Positions 14,113 through 24,744 of a DNA stretch of 64,000 nt are shown here, piece by piece (position 1 is the stretch's first letter; each line of letters begins with the position of its first letter). Origin of the DNA: an uncultured delta proteobacterium. Its GTDB lineage: Bacteria > Myxococcota > Myxococcia > Myxococcales > Anaeromyxobacteraceae. The translations under genes and the position numbers were made by a program. Under the pieces are notes generated by a model. It saw nothing but the letters and a program-made list of their open reading frames with translations, had not been told where the DNA came from and did no database searches. The stretch lies in contig CAWFDF010000014.1 of assembly GCA_963814585.1 (NCBI GenBank), positions 96,001 to 160,000 of the forward strand. Reading direction: 5' to 3'.

Positions 14113-14140
14113 ATTATACGGATCCGTCTTCTCAAGTCAA
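14113..14140 (-). promoter_or_regulatory. Sigma70-type promoter of the str operon
   Basis: TTGACT-16 bp-TATAAT followed by GC-rich TCGCCGCCCTCA. Confidence 0.8.
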
Positions 14141-15366
14141 GCCCTGTTGCCCTTGACGGGCGAATCAGGTGCGACGGGCTGCGCAAGGTACTGGAACACG
14201 CGCCGTTTGCCAAGCCCTCCCCCCACTTTTCGGGCCCTTGGCAAGGTCGGCGGCGACTGAAGGCCCGCCAGCAGCGCCCGGACCGCGGATGAGATGCCGA
14301 GGCGCTCCGCCTCCAAGGAGGTCGCCCAGCGGAGGTCCGACCCTTCAGGACGAGCCCCCGTCCGGACCTCGTACGCCACCAGCGTCAGCTCCCGGTGCGT
14401 CAGCGTGCGCCGCGCGGCGGCCAGCTCCCGTCCCACCTCCACCGGGACGCCGAGCGCGCGCGAGAGCCCGTCCGCCAGCACGATCCGGGCGCGGGCCGCG
14501 CTGGTTCGCCGCGCCGGCAAGGGCACCGCCGGCGGCGCCCAGAGCCCCCCGAAGAGCCCCGGGGACGGGCTCCGCTGGAGGAGCATCCGGGGACCATGGC
14601 GGATCACCGCGAAGCCGATCCGCTGCCGCCGCCTCGCCGGCCGCCGGCGCGCCGGCGGCAGCTCCCGCTCCCGCCCGCCCCGGCGCGCCTCGCAGAGCGA
14701 GGCCACCGGGCAGCGCTCGCAGCGCGGGATCGGCTTCACGCAGCGGGTCGCGCCGAGCTCGATGAGCGCCTGGGTCCAGTCCCCGGGCCGCTCCGGCCCG
14801 AGCAGGGCGGCCGCCAGCGCGGCCACCCGCGTCCTCGCCGCGGCGCCTTCCGGCGGCCCGTCGACGGCGAAGAGCCGGGCCACCACCCGCGCCACGTTCC
14901 CATCGACCGCCGGGGCCGGGATGCCGAAGGCGATGGAGGCCACCGCCCCGGTGGTGTACGGGCCGAAGCCAGGCAGCGCCGACAGCCCTTCGAGCGACGC
15001 CGGCAGGCCACCGTGGCGTGCCAGGGCCTCGCGAGCGGCGCGGTGGAGGGAGCGGGCGCGGGCGTAGTAGCCGAGGCCGCTCCACCTGGCCAGCACCTCC
15101 TCCTCGCCCGCCGCCGCCAGCGCGCCCAGCGTCGGGAAGGCCTCGAGGAAGCGCCGGTAGTAGGGGATGACCCTCGCCACCTGCGTCTGCTGCAGCATCG
15201 CCTCGGAGAGCCAGACCCGGTACGGATTGGCCCGGCCCTCGTCGAAGCGCCACGGGAGCTCGCGCCGGGCCACGTGGTACCAGGCCAGCAGCCGCCGGCG
15301 CAGCGCGCGGCGGCGTGCGGAGTGGACGAGGGGCGCGCCCCGCCTCGGTCCCGGCGCTCTCGTCAC
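14137..15366 (-). CDS. mutY: A/G-specific adenine DNA glycosylase
   Basis: RELPWR, SEAMLQQT, GLGYYARAR, VDGNV, [4Fe-4S] motif CX6CX2CX5C, C-terminal Nudix-like part; start uncertain. Confidence 0.93.
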   Translation of the reverse strand: MTRAPGPRRGAPLVHSARRRALRRRLLAWYHVARRELPWRFDEGRANPYRVWLSEAMLQQTQVARVIPYYRRFLEAFPTLGALAAAGEEEVLARWSGLGYYARARSLHRAAREALARHGGLPASLEGLSALPGFGPYTTGAVASIAFGIPAPAVDGNVARVVARLFAVDGPPEGAAARTRVAALAAALLGPERPGDWTQALIELGATRCVKPIPRCERCPVASLCEARRGGRERELPPARRRPARRRQRIGFAVIRHGPRMLLQRSPSPGLFGGLWAPPAVPLPARRTSAARARIVLADGLSRALGVPVEVGRELAAARRTLTHRELTLVAYEVRTGARPEGSDLRWATSLEAERLGISSAVRALLAGLQSPPTLPRARKVGGGLGKRRVFQYLAQPVAPDSPVKGNRA

Positions 15367-15456
15367 GTCATCCTGCCTGGCCCTGGACGCCGAGCGCCCG
15401 AGCCCGGCCACCGTGACCGGGCCGGGCTCGAGGCGAGGCGGGGGGGGGGGTCGCGG

Positions 15457-16062
15457 CTACTTGATGCGCCGGTCGACCGCTTCCCAGCTGACGTTCTTGA
15501 AGAAGGCCTCGACGTACTTGCCGCGCTCGAAGGCCTTGTAGTCGCGCATGAAGGCATGTTCCCAGCCGTCGAGGGCCAGCACCGTGCCGAAGCCGGTCGG
15601 CACGTTGTTCTCGTGGAGGGTGACGAAGTGGTTGGAGAGCCAGCCGGTGTTCGGATCCTGGAAGGTCATGGCCCAGCCGATGCCCGGCATGGTGGCGACC
15701 GCCTTGAAGTCGGCCAGCCAGAGGTCGAACTTGCCGTAGCTGGCCTCGACGGCCTTGCGGAACTTCGAGCCGGCCGGCGGCTCGGCCTGGGCGCCGGGGG
15801 TGAGGTTGCCGAAATAATACTCGTGGTTGATCATGCCGCCGTACTCGAAGCCGAGGCGGCGGGTCAGCTCGGCGTAGACCGGGTCGGCGCCGGAGGCCTT
15901 GCCCTCGCTGGCCAGCGCGAAGAGCTTCTCGGTCAGGGCGTTGGTCCGCTTGACGTAGCCCTCGTAGAGCTTGAGGTGCTCCTCGACCTGGTCGTTGGAG
16001 ATGCCGGCCAGCCCACGAACCTTCGAGAAGTCGTGCGGAGCGTATTTCTTCACGTCTGCCAT
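15457..16062 (-). CDS. Fe/Mn superoxide dismutase
   Basis: Metal-ligand motifs EEHLKLYEGY, NHEYYF, DGWEHAF; FFKNVSW. Confidence 0.92.
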   Translation of the reverse strand: MADVKKYAPHDFSKVRGLAGISNDQVEEHLKLYEGYVKRTNALTEKLFALASEGKASGADPVYAELTRRLGFEYGGMINHEYYFGNLTPGAQAEPPAGSKFRKAVEASYGKFDLWLADFKAVATMPGIGWAMTFQDPNTGWLSNHFVTLHENNVPTGFGTVLALDGWEHAFMRDYKAFERGKYVEAFFKNVSWEAVDRRIK

Positions 16063-16098
16063 GGTCCCTCCGGTGGCGTCGGGCCGACGGGCCCGCGA

Positions 16099-16145
16099 GC
16101 ACGGTTGTTTCACCGTGCGATAGGGCCGGCGGGGCGCCGCGTCAA
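16099..16145 (-). promoter_or_regulatory. SOD promoter with overlapping palindromic operator
   Basis: TTGACG-17 bp-TATCGC; perfect inverted repeat GCACGGT-N6-ACCGTGC at 16099-16118. Confidence 0.55.
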
Positions 16146-16193
16146 GGCATCCTTCGGGGCCCTGCCCGGGCCGCCGGGTGCTACCCTGCCCTC

Positions 16194-17273
16194 ATGAGCT
16201 CCGCCCGCAGCCCCGTCCGCCTGCGGCGGCTCGTCCGGGGCGCCCTCCTCGGCCTGCTGCTGCTGGCGGCGGGGCCGGTCGTCCTCTGGTTCAGCCTCCC
16301 GGATCCGGCCGCCTGGGCCCGATCCAACCCCACCACCACCGCCCTCATCGAGCAGCGGCGCGCCGAGGCCCGCGCCGCCGGGCGGCCCTTCCGGCCGGAG
16401 CTGCGCTGGATCCCGCTGGAGCGGATCTCGAGGCGGCTGGTCGACGCGGTGGTCGCCTCGGAGGACGCCACCTTCTTCGGCCACCACGGCTTCGACTGGG
16501 AGGCGCTCCGGGAGGCCATCCGCCACAACATCGCCCGCGGCCGGTATGCCCGTGGCGCCTCGACCATCACCCAGCAGCTGGCCAAGAACCTCGCCCTCGG
16601 GACCGAGAAGAGCCTGCTGCGCAAGGGGCGCGAGGCCCTGCTGACCATCAGGCTGGAGCGCCGGCTCGACAAGCGCCGGCTCCTCGCGCTCTACCTCAAC
16701 GTGGTCGAGTGGGGCGACGGCGTCTTCGGCGCCGAGGCCGGCGCCCAGCGCCACTTCGGGACCAGCGCCGCCTCGTTGACCACGGCCCAGGCGGTGGTGC
16801 TGGCCTCGATGCTCCCGGCGCCCCGGCGGGCCGCTCTCTCCCCGGCCCCGGCCTGGCTGGCCGCTCGATCCCGCGGGCTGCTCGACCGGCTCCGGGACGA
16901 GCAGGTGGTCTCCATGGCCGAGCACGCCACCGCCCGGGCCGAGCTGGAGGGCTACCTGGGCCGGGCGCAGGTGCCGGGACCGGGCGAGGAAGAGGCCGAG
17001 CCGCCGGCCGACGACTCGCCCGACGCGGTGACGCCGCCGGGGCCTCCAGGCGAGGTCACCCCGGCGCCACCGTCTCCTGTGGACGCGCCGGCCAGCCCGG
17101 CAGGTGCCTCAACCGCCACCCCGGCAGCTGCCTCGACCGCCACCCCGGCAGGCGCCTCGACCGCCACCCCGGGGACGGGCGCCGCTGACGCCGTCGATCC
17201 GGCCGGGCCAGCCGGGGACGAGCCCGCCAGGCCGCCTGGCCCCGAGCCCGCTACCGGCCGCGCTTCTCCTTGA
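16194..17273 (+). CDS. mtgA: Monofunctional peptidoglycan transglycosylase (GT51) with low-complexity C-tail
   Basis: N-terminal TM, SEDATFFGHHGFD, RGASTITQQLAKN, RKGRE, LYLNVVEWG. Confidence 0.9.
   Translation: MSSARSPVRLRRLVRGALLGLLLLAAGPVVLWFSLPDPAAWARSNPTTTALIEQRRAEARAAGRPFRPELRWIPLERISRRLVDAVVASEDATFFGHHGFDWEALREAIRHNIARGRYARGASTITQQLAKNLALGTEKSLLRKGREALLTIRLERRLDKRRLLALYLNVVEWGDGVFGAEAGAQRHFGTSAASLTTAQAVVLASMLPAPRRAALSPAPAWLAARSRGLLDRLRDEQVVSMAEHATARAELEGYLGRAQVPGPGEEEAEPPADDSPDAVTPPGPPGEVTPAPPSPVDAPASPAGASTATPAAASTATPAGASTATPGTGAADAVDPAGPAGDEPARPPGPEPATGRASP
17097..17172 (+). repeat. 24-bp coding tandem repeat x3
   Basis: CCGGCAGGTGCCTCAACCGCCACC and two near-identical copies, encoding PA(G/A)ASTAT. 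Confidence 0.9.
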
Positions 17274-18186
17274 AGTACCGGAAGGTCCGGGCCAGCCCCT
17301 GCTCGATGCCCACCTCCGCCCTCCAGCCGAGCGCCTGCCCCGCCGCCGTCGGATCGATGCAGGAGCGGCGCTGCTCGCCGAGCCGCGCCTCGGCGTGGAT
17401 CGGCGGCGCCGCCGAGCCGGCCGCGCGGGCCAGCCCGGCGTGGAGCTGCGTGACGTCGGTCTCCACGCCGGTCCCGATGTTGAGCGCCCCGGAGAAGGAC
17501 CGCTCCGCCGCCAGCAGGTTGGCGCGGGCCACGTCCTCCACGTAGACGTAGTCGCGGGTCTGCAACCCGTCCCCGTAGATGGTGCACGGCCTCCCGTCGA
17601 TGAGCCGGCCGCAGAAGATGGCCACCACGCCCGCCTCGCCGTGCGGATCCTGGCGCGGCCCGTAGACGTTGGCGTACCGGAGCGCGGCGTAGGGGATCCC
17701 GTGGTTGGCCCGGTAGACGCCCAGGTAGAGCTCGCTGGCCGCCTTGGCGGCGCCGTAGTGGGAGAGCGGGAGCTGCGGGTGGCGCTCCGGGGTCGGGATC
17801 ACCGGCGTGTCGCCGTAGGTGGCGCCGCCGCTGGACGCGAAGAGCACCTGCTTCACCGATCCGGCGCGCACCGCCGCCTGCATCAGGTTGAGCAGCCCAC
17901 CCAGGTTCACGTCGGCGTCGAAGCGCGGATCGCTCATGGACCGGCGCACGTCGATCTGGGCGGCGTGGTGGCAGAGGACCTCCGGCCGTTCCTGCTCGAC
18001 GGCCTCGGCGGCGGCCGCGCCGCGCACGTCGCACGGGTAGAAGCGCGCGGCCGAGGGCACGTTCTCCCGCTTCCCGGTGGAGAGGTCGTCCACGATGGCC
18101 ACGTCCCAGCCGGCGCCGAGGAAGGCGTCGGCGATGGTCGAGCCGATGAAGCCGGCCCCGCCGGTGATCAAGATCCGCTTCGCCAC
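17251..18186 (-). CDS. UDP-glucose 4-epimerase-like NAD-dependent epimerase
   Basis: GGAGFIGS, SSGGATYG, YGAAK, GEAGVVAIF. Confidence 0.88.
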   Translation of the reverse strand: MAKRILITGGAGFIGSTIADAFLGAGWDVAIVDDLSTGKRENVPSAARFYPCDVRGAAAAEAVEQERPEVLCHHAAQIDVRRSMSDPRFDADVNLGGLLNLMQAAVRAGSVKQVLFASSGGATYGDTPVIPTPERHPQLPLSHYGAAKAASELYLGVYRANHGIPYAALRYANVYGPRQDPHGEAGVVAIFCGRLIDGRPCTIYGDGLQTRDYVYVEDVARANLLAAERSFSGALNIGTGVETDVTQLHAGLARAAGSAAPPIHAEARLGEQRRSCIDPTAAGQALGWRAEVGIEQGLARTFRYFKEKRGR

Positions 18187-18244
18187 GTTCCGCTCCCGGA
18201 CCCGCGCAGGGCCGCCCTCGTGCCGCGCCCGGAGGCTGGATCCC

Positions 18245-19198
18245 TCACCTCGTGGAGGCCGCGACCTGCTCGCGGAACCACGGGACGGTGAGGCGCATCC
18301 CCTCCTCGAAGTCGATCGCCGGCGCCCATCCCAGCACCTCGCGGGCCCGGCTGACGTCGGGCCGTCGCAGGCGCGGGTCGTCCTGGGGAAGCGGCCTGAA
18401 GGCGATGGGGCAGGTCGAGCCGACGTGGCGCTGGACCGCCTCGGCGAAGGCCAGGATGGTCATCTCCACCGGGTTGCCGATGTTGACCGGCTCGGCGTAC
18501 CCGGAGCGGAGCAGCCGCCAGATCCCCTCGACGTTGTCGGAGACGTAGCAGAAGGAGCGGGTCTGGGAGCCGTCGCCGAAGACCGTGAGGGGCTCGCCTC
18601 GCAGCGCCTGGCCCACCAGCGTCGGGACCACCCGGCCGTCGTCCAGCCGCATGCGTGGCCCGTAGGTGTTGAAGATCCGGGCGATGCGGGTCTCCACCTT
18701 CTTGTAGCGCCGGTAGGCCATGGTGACGGCCTCGGCGAAGCGCTTGGCCTCGTCGTAGACCGAGCGGGGACCGATGGGGTTGACGTTGCCCCAGTAGCTC
18801 TCGCGCTGCGGGTGCTCCAGCGGATCGCCGTAGACCTCGCTGGTGGAGGACAGCAGGAAGCGAGCCCCCTTCCGCTCGGCCAGCTGGAGCATGCGATCGA
18901 CACCGATCGAGCCGACGTGCATGGTCTCGAAGGGCTTCTCCAGGTAGTCGATGGGCGAGGCCGGCGAGGCGAAGTCGAGCACTGCGGCCACCGGCCCGGT
19001 CACGTCGAACGGGTCGCAGATGTCCTGCTGCAGGAACGCGAAGCGGGGCTCCCGGGCCAGGTGGGCCAGGTTGGCCAGGGTCCCGGTCACCAGGTTGTCC
19101 ACGCCGAGCACGTCCCAGCCCTCGCCCAGGAACCGGTCGGCGAGGTGGCTGCCGATGAACCCGGCGGCGCCGAGGATGACCGCTCGCTGCTTCTCCAT
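18245..19198 (-). CDS. UDP-glucuronate decarboxylase (UDP-xylose synthase) family
   Basis: [43 protein letters not shown]. Confidence 0.88.
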   Translation of the reverse strand: MEKQRAVILGAAGFIGSHLADRFLGEGWDVLGVDNLVTGTLANLAHLAREPRFAFLQQDICDPFDVTGPVAAVLDFASPASPIDYLEKPFETMHVGSIGVDRMLQLAERKGARFLLSSTSEVYGDPLEHPQRESYWGNVNPIGPRSVYDEAKRFAEAVTMAYRRYKKVETRIARIFNTYGPRMRLDDGRVVPTLVGQALRGEPLTVFGDGSQTRSFCYVSDNVEGIWRLLRSGYAEPVNIGNPVEMTILAFAEAVQRHVGSTCPIAFRPLPQDDPRLRRPDVSRAREVLGWAPAIDFEEGMRLTVPWFREQVAASTR

Positions 19199-19200
19199 GG

Positions 19201-19395
19201 TCAGCGCTTTCCCCGTCCGAGGTCGTCCAGCGTCAGCTGCCCGGGGAGCGCGCCGCGGTACTTCTCCAGCACCAGGTCGATCCCCTGCCGGATGTACTCG
19301 GCGACCGGCACGCGGGTCCGCTGGTGGAGCAGCTTCAGCGCCTCCCCCTGCTCGGGCGTGATGTAGACGGTGGTGGAGATCTTCTTCCGGGCCAT
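19201..19395 (-). CDS. Ribbon-helix-helix DNA-binding protein
   Basis: 64 aa; strand ISTTVYIT then helices EQGEALKLL and [13 protein letters not shown]. Confidence 0.85.
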   Translation of the reverse strand: MARKKISTTVYITPEQGEALKLLHQRTRVPVAEYIRQGIDLVLEKYRGALPGQLTLDDLGRGKR

Positions 19396-19406
19396 GCGGT
19401 TCGCTG

Positions 19407-19435
19407 AAGGTAGGTGAGCGTGGGAGTGCTGTCAA
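19407..19435 (-). promoter_or_regulatory. Sigma70-type promoter of the RHH-uxs-galE operon
   Basis: TTGACA-17 bp-TACCTT, 11 nt before the ATG, no SD. Confidence 0.65.
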
Positions 19436-19522
19436 ACCGCCGGCGCCGCGCCTTGAGCGCGGCGCGGACGCGGCGCTACAATGGCCGGCCTCGTCCCGGG
19501 GAGCACCGACAGGAACACCGAC

Positions 19523-20146
19523 ATGCGTCGAATCGCCGTCGCCACCTTGCTGCTCGTCGCCGCCTGCTCCTCCAGGCAGAGGGGCGTCGCGCCGGCGCCG
19601 GGGCCGGACGGCGTGGCACCCGCGGTGGCCGGCACGCCCCGCGCGGGCGAGACCGTCCAGGAGCTCGACCTCAACCACGACGGCCGCCCCGACGTCTGGA
19701 GCTACTCGGTGGGGGGAGCCGACGGCAAGGACATCGCCGTCCGCAAGGAGAAGGACCTCAACAACGACGGCAAGATCGACAGCTGGGAGGAGTTCGAGCC
19801 GGACGGCACGCTCGCCAAGCTGACCTACGACATGGACTTCGACACCAAGCCGGACCTCACGCTCTTCTTCGAGAAGGACCAGCTGGTGCGCAAGGCCTAC
19901 GCCTTCGGCTTCGACGGTGTCCCGCACAGCTTCAGCCACTACGAGAAGGGCAAGCTGGCGCGGAAGGAGCGGGACACCAACGGAGACGGCCGGATCGACA
20001 CCTGGGAGTACTGGGAGGACGGCCAGGTCGATCGCGTCGGCCTCGACCTCGACGGCGACGGCCAGGTGGAGCGCTGGGAGAACCGCCGGGCCGCGCCGGG
20101 CACCGGGGGCGAGCCTCCCGCGAGTGCCCCGACCCAGGCGAGATGA
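19523..20146 (+). CDS. Lipoprotein with repeated Dx[DN]xDG calcium-binding-like loops
   Basis: Lipobox LVAA-C; DLNHDG, DLNNDG, DMDFDT, DTNGDG, DLDGDG. Confidence 0.8.
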   Translation: MRRIAVATLLLVAACSSRQRGVAPAPGPDGVAPAVAGTPRAGETVQELDLNHDGRPDVWSYSVGGADGKDIAVRKEKDLNNDGKIDSWEEFEPDGTLAKLTYDMDFDTKPDLTLFFEKDQLVRKAYAFGFDGVPHSFSHYEKGKLARKERDTNGDGRIDTWEYWEDGQVDRVGLDLDGDGQVERWENRRAAPGTGGEPPASAPTQAR

Positions 20147-20151
20147 CGTGA

Positions 20152-20271
20152 CGAGAGAGTCGAGACCGAAGCGAGGCGGGCGCCCGAGGAGGGAGCAGCG
20201 GAAGCGTAGTAGCGCTACGTTGAGCAGCGGACCGACGAGGCCGCCTGCCGCAGCGAGAGGATCGGCTCTCG
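20152..20271 (+). repeat. ~120-bp imperfect palindromic intergenic element (ERIC/IRU-like architecture or structured RNA)
   Basis: Nested stems GAGAGTCGA/TCGGCTCTC, GGCGGGCG/CGCCTGCC, GCGTAG/CTACGT. Confidence 0.6.
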
Positions 20272-20307
20272 CAGTAGGCATCTTGCCTGGGTCGGGGCAC
20301 TAGGTAG

Positions 20308-20787
20308 TCACGGGTAGTAGGCGACGCCGACCGTGGCCTCGGCCCTCGCGCCGGCGCCGGACGTCCAGCGCCAGCCGATCGCCACCGACAGCGAGAGCGC
20401 TCGCGCGGCGAAGAGCTCGACGCCGGCCCGGCCCGCGGCGGTCGGGGCGACCGCCAGGCCGGCGGTGGGCACCTGCACCCCGGCCTCGAGCCCGAGCAGC
20501 GGCCGCCAGCGGCCGGCGTCCGGGCTCCATCGAAGGCCGAGCGCAGGCGTCAGGGCGTCCGCGCCCCGGTCGCCTGGCCGATCCGCGGACCCGAGGCCGA
20601 GCCTCGCCTCCGCGTCGAGATCCCCTCCGATCCAGAACGAGGCGACGGCGGCAAGGCGTGCCGAGGCCCCTCCGGGCGCCCTGGAGACCGCGGTCTCGAT
20701 GGAGAATCCGACGGGTGGCGCCAGCGGCCAGGCCTGGGCCGGAACCGCCAGCAACAGCGTGAGCGCGAGGTGGTCGAGGGATGGCAT
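20308..20787 (-). CDS. Putative small outer-membrane beta-barrel protein
   Basis: Signal peptide ending AQA; amphipathic strands; C-terminal VGVAYYP. Confidence 0.55.
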   Translation of the reverse strand: MPSLDHLALTLLLAVPAQAWPLAPPVGFSIETAVSRAPGGASARLAAVASFWIGGDLDAEARLGLGSADRPGDRGADALTPALGLRWSPDAGRWRPLLGLEAGVQVPTAGLAVAPTAAGRAGVELFAARALSLSVAIGWRWTSGAGARAEATVGVAYYP

Positions 20788-20819
20788 GTGGCACGGGGGG
20801 AGCAAGGACCGTGCTCGCC

Positions 20820-21629
20820 ATGCCCTTCCGACCACCTCGGGGCGGCCACCATCCCCGCTCCGTTCCCCGCCTGTCCTCCCTCGCCCTCCCCGCCCTCGTC
20901 GCGCTGGCCGCCGGCTGTCCGGCCTCGCCGGTGGTCCACCCCCGCGCGGCCGAGGAGCTGCGCCGCGGCTACGCCTACCTCGAGGCCGGCGAGGCCGAGC
21001 GCGCCGAGGTGGCGTTCGAGCACGCGCTGGAGTTCGCGCCCGACCTCCCGGAGGGGTGGAACGGCCTCGGCGTGGTGGCCCGCGGCCGCCAGCAGGCCTC
21101 CACCGCCCGTGACCGCTTCGCGCACGCGGTCCGGCTCGCCCCCGGCTTCGCCGAAGGGCACGCCAACCTGGGTGAGGCGCTGCTCACCCTGGAGCGGCCC
21201 GCCGAGGCCGTCGACGAGCTCCGCGCCGCCCTGCGAATCGATCCCGACCTCGCCGCGGCCCGCCACAACCTGGCGCGGGCCCTGCTGCACCAGGGGCTGT
21301 CAGACCCCGCCTCCCGCGAGGCCCGCTGGCGCGAGGCCCGGCTGGAGTACCTCCACCTGCTCGAGTCGGTCCCCGACGCCCCGGCGGCCCACGCCGACCT
21401 CGCCTTCATGGACTACCTGTCGGGCCGCTTCGCGCCGGCCGAGCGCGGGTACCGGCGCGCCGCCGGGCTGGCCCCGACCGCGGAGCGGCTCCTCGGGCTC
21501 TGCCTCTCGCTGGCCAGGCTCGGCCGCTGCGGCGAGGCGGTCGCGGCCTGCGATCGCTGCCTCGCCCTCGACCCGGGCGCCGAGGCCTGCCGGGTGAGCC
21601 GGCGCGGCGCCGAGGCGTGCGCGGACTGA
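20820..21629 (+). CDS. TPR-repeat lipoprotein
   Basis: LAAG-C lipobox; WNGLG, HANLG, RHNLA, HADLA TPR units; start uncertain. Confidence 0.8.
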   Translation: MPFRPPRGGHHPRSVPRLSSLALPALVALAAGCPASPVVHPRAAEELRRGYAYLEAGEAERAEVAFEHALEFAPDLPEGWNGLGVVARGRQQASTARDRFAHAVRLAPGFAEGHANLGEALLTLERPAEAVDELRAALRIDPDLAAARHNLARALLHQGLSDPASREARWREARLEYLHLLESVPDAPAAHADLAFMDYLSGRFAPAERGYRRAAGLAPTAERLLGLCLSLARLGRCGEAVAACDRCLALDPGAEACRVSRRGAEACAD

Positions 21630-21785
21630 TCGCGTCGGGGCCGGCTTCTGGTGGCCCCGACGCAAGGTTCCAGGAACGTCTCCTGAGGTTCGACTCGAGG
21701 CCGCGGACCTTCGCTCCGGAGCGCGGTCCACCTGCGCCCCGGCCGGTGGCGTCCCGCAGCGACCCTGCGGGCGTCCGGAACTGGA

Positions 21786-21815
21786 ACGGCCGGCCCCGCG
21801 AACGGGACCGGCCGT
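21786..21815 (-). terminator. Probable terminator of korAB
   Basis: Minus strand ACGGCCGGTCCCG-TTCG-CGGGGCCGGCCGT, then TCCAGTTCC. Confidence 0.6.
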
Positions 21816-21839
21816 GGAGAGGCGGAGGCTGGCCTGGGG

Positions 21840-22877
21840 CTACTTGATGTTCCAGGTGTCCGCGCCGGCCAGCAGCTTGGAGACGTCGACGTCACCCTTC
21901 TTGGTCTTGGCGGCGTTGATCATGTTCCAGGTCAGCTCCTCGGCGGTCGGCCGCGACACGTCGCGGAAGACGCCGATGGGGGTCGGGAACCCCGGCTTGA
22001 GCGACAGGTTGGCGAGCATGAAGGCCATGGTCGGGTCGTCGCGCTTGGCGTCGTGGACCAGGACGTCCTTCTCGGTGATGCCCCCCTCGCCGACGGTGAC
22101 CACCTCCATCTCCGCGCTCTGCGGGTTGAAGCGGATGCCCTTCTTGTTGTCCTTGCCGAAGAGCAGCGGCTTGCCGTGCTCCATGCGGAGGAGCGCGTCG
22201 GCCTTGACGCTCTTCTCGGTGATGGAGGTGTACGCGCCGTCGTTGAACACCGGGCAGTTCTGGTAGATCTCGGTGAAGCAGCTGCCCTTGTGCTCGGCGG
22301 CCGACTTGAGCACCGTGCCGAGGTGGGCGCCCTCCACGTCGATGGAGCGGGCCACGAAGGTGGCGCCCGAGCCGATGGCGAGGGCCGGCGGGTTGAAGGG
22401 CGCGTCCGGGGAGCCGTGCGGCGTGGTCTTGGTCTTCTTGCCCAGCTCGGACGTGGGGGAGACCTGGCCCTTGGTCAGGCCGTAGATGCGGTTGTTGAAC
22501 AGCAGCATCTTCAGGTCGATGTTGCGCCGCATGGCGTGGATGAAGTGGTTGCCGCCGATGGCGAGCGCGTCGCCGTCGCCGGTCACGATCCAGACCATCA
22601 GCTCCGGGCGGGACACCTTGAGCCCCGACGCGAAGGATGGGGCGCGGCCGTGCAGCGTGTGCATCCCGTAGTTGTTCATGTAGTACGGGAAGCGCGACGA
22701 GCAGCCGATGCCGGAGATGAAGACGATGTCCTCCCTCTTGTGGCCGACGGCGGGCAGCACCTTCTGCACCTGGTTGATGATGGAGAAGTCGCCGCAGCCG
22801 GGGCACCAGCGGGGGTCGACGCCGGACTCGAAGTCCTTCTTGCTGTAGACGGGAAGTGCCGTGTTCTCGGTAGCCAT
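21840..22877 (-). CDS. korB: 2-oxoacid:ferredoxin oxidoreductase beta subunit
   Basis: WCPGCGD, SGIGCSSR, HTLHGR, GDGD...NN TPP motif, YGLTKGQ. Confidence 0.92.
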   Translation of the reverse strand: MATENTALPVYSKKDFESGVDPRWCPGCGDFSIINQVQKVLPAVGHKREDIVFISGIGCSSRFPYYMNNYGMHTLHGRAPSFASGLKVSRPELMVWIVTGDGDALAIGGNHFIHAMRRNIDLKMLLFNNRIYGLTKGQVSPTSELGKKTKTTPHGSPDAPFNPPALAIGSGATFVARSIDVEGAHLGTVLKSAAEHKGSCFTEIYQNCPVFNDGAYTSITEKSVKADALLRMEHGKPLLFGKDNKKGIRFNPQSAEMEVVTVGEGGITEKDVLVHDAKRDDPTMAFMLANLSLKPGFPTPIGVFRDVSRPTAEELTWNMINAAKTKKGDVDVSKLLAGADTWNIK

Positions 22878-22899
22878 GTCCGTTTGTCCTTTCGGGTCC

Positions 22900-24744
<1,845 letters not shown>

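Noticed and set aside
15440..15450. G11 run between sod and mutY as a phase-variation switch
   Set aside because: Intergenic, beside a terminator-like hairpin, not within a promoter spacer I can identify; length unreliable in this assembly.
17097..17172. Repeat as a CRISPR array
   Set aside because: Contiguous in-frame units with no spacers and no cas genes.
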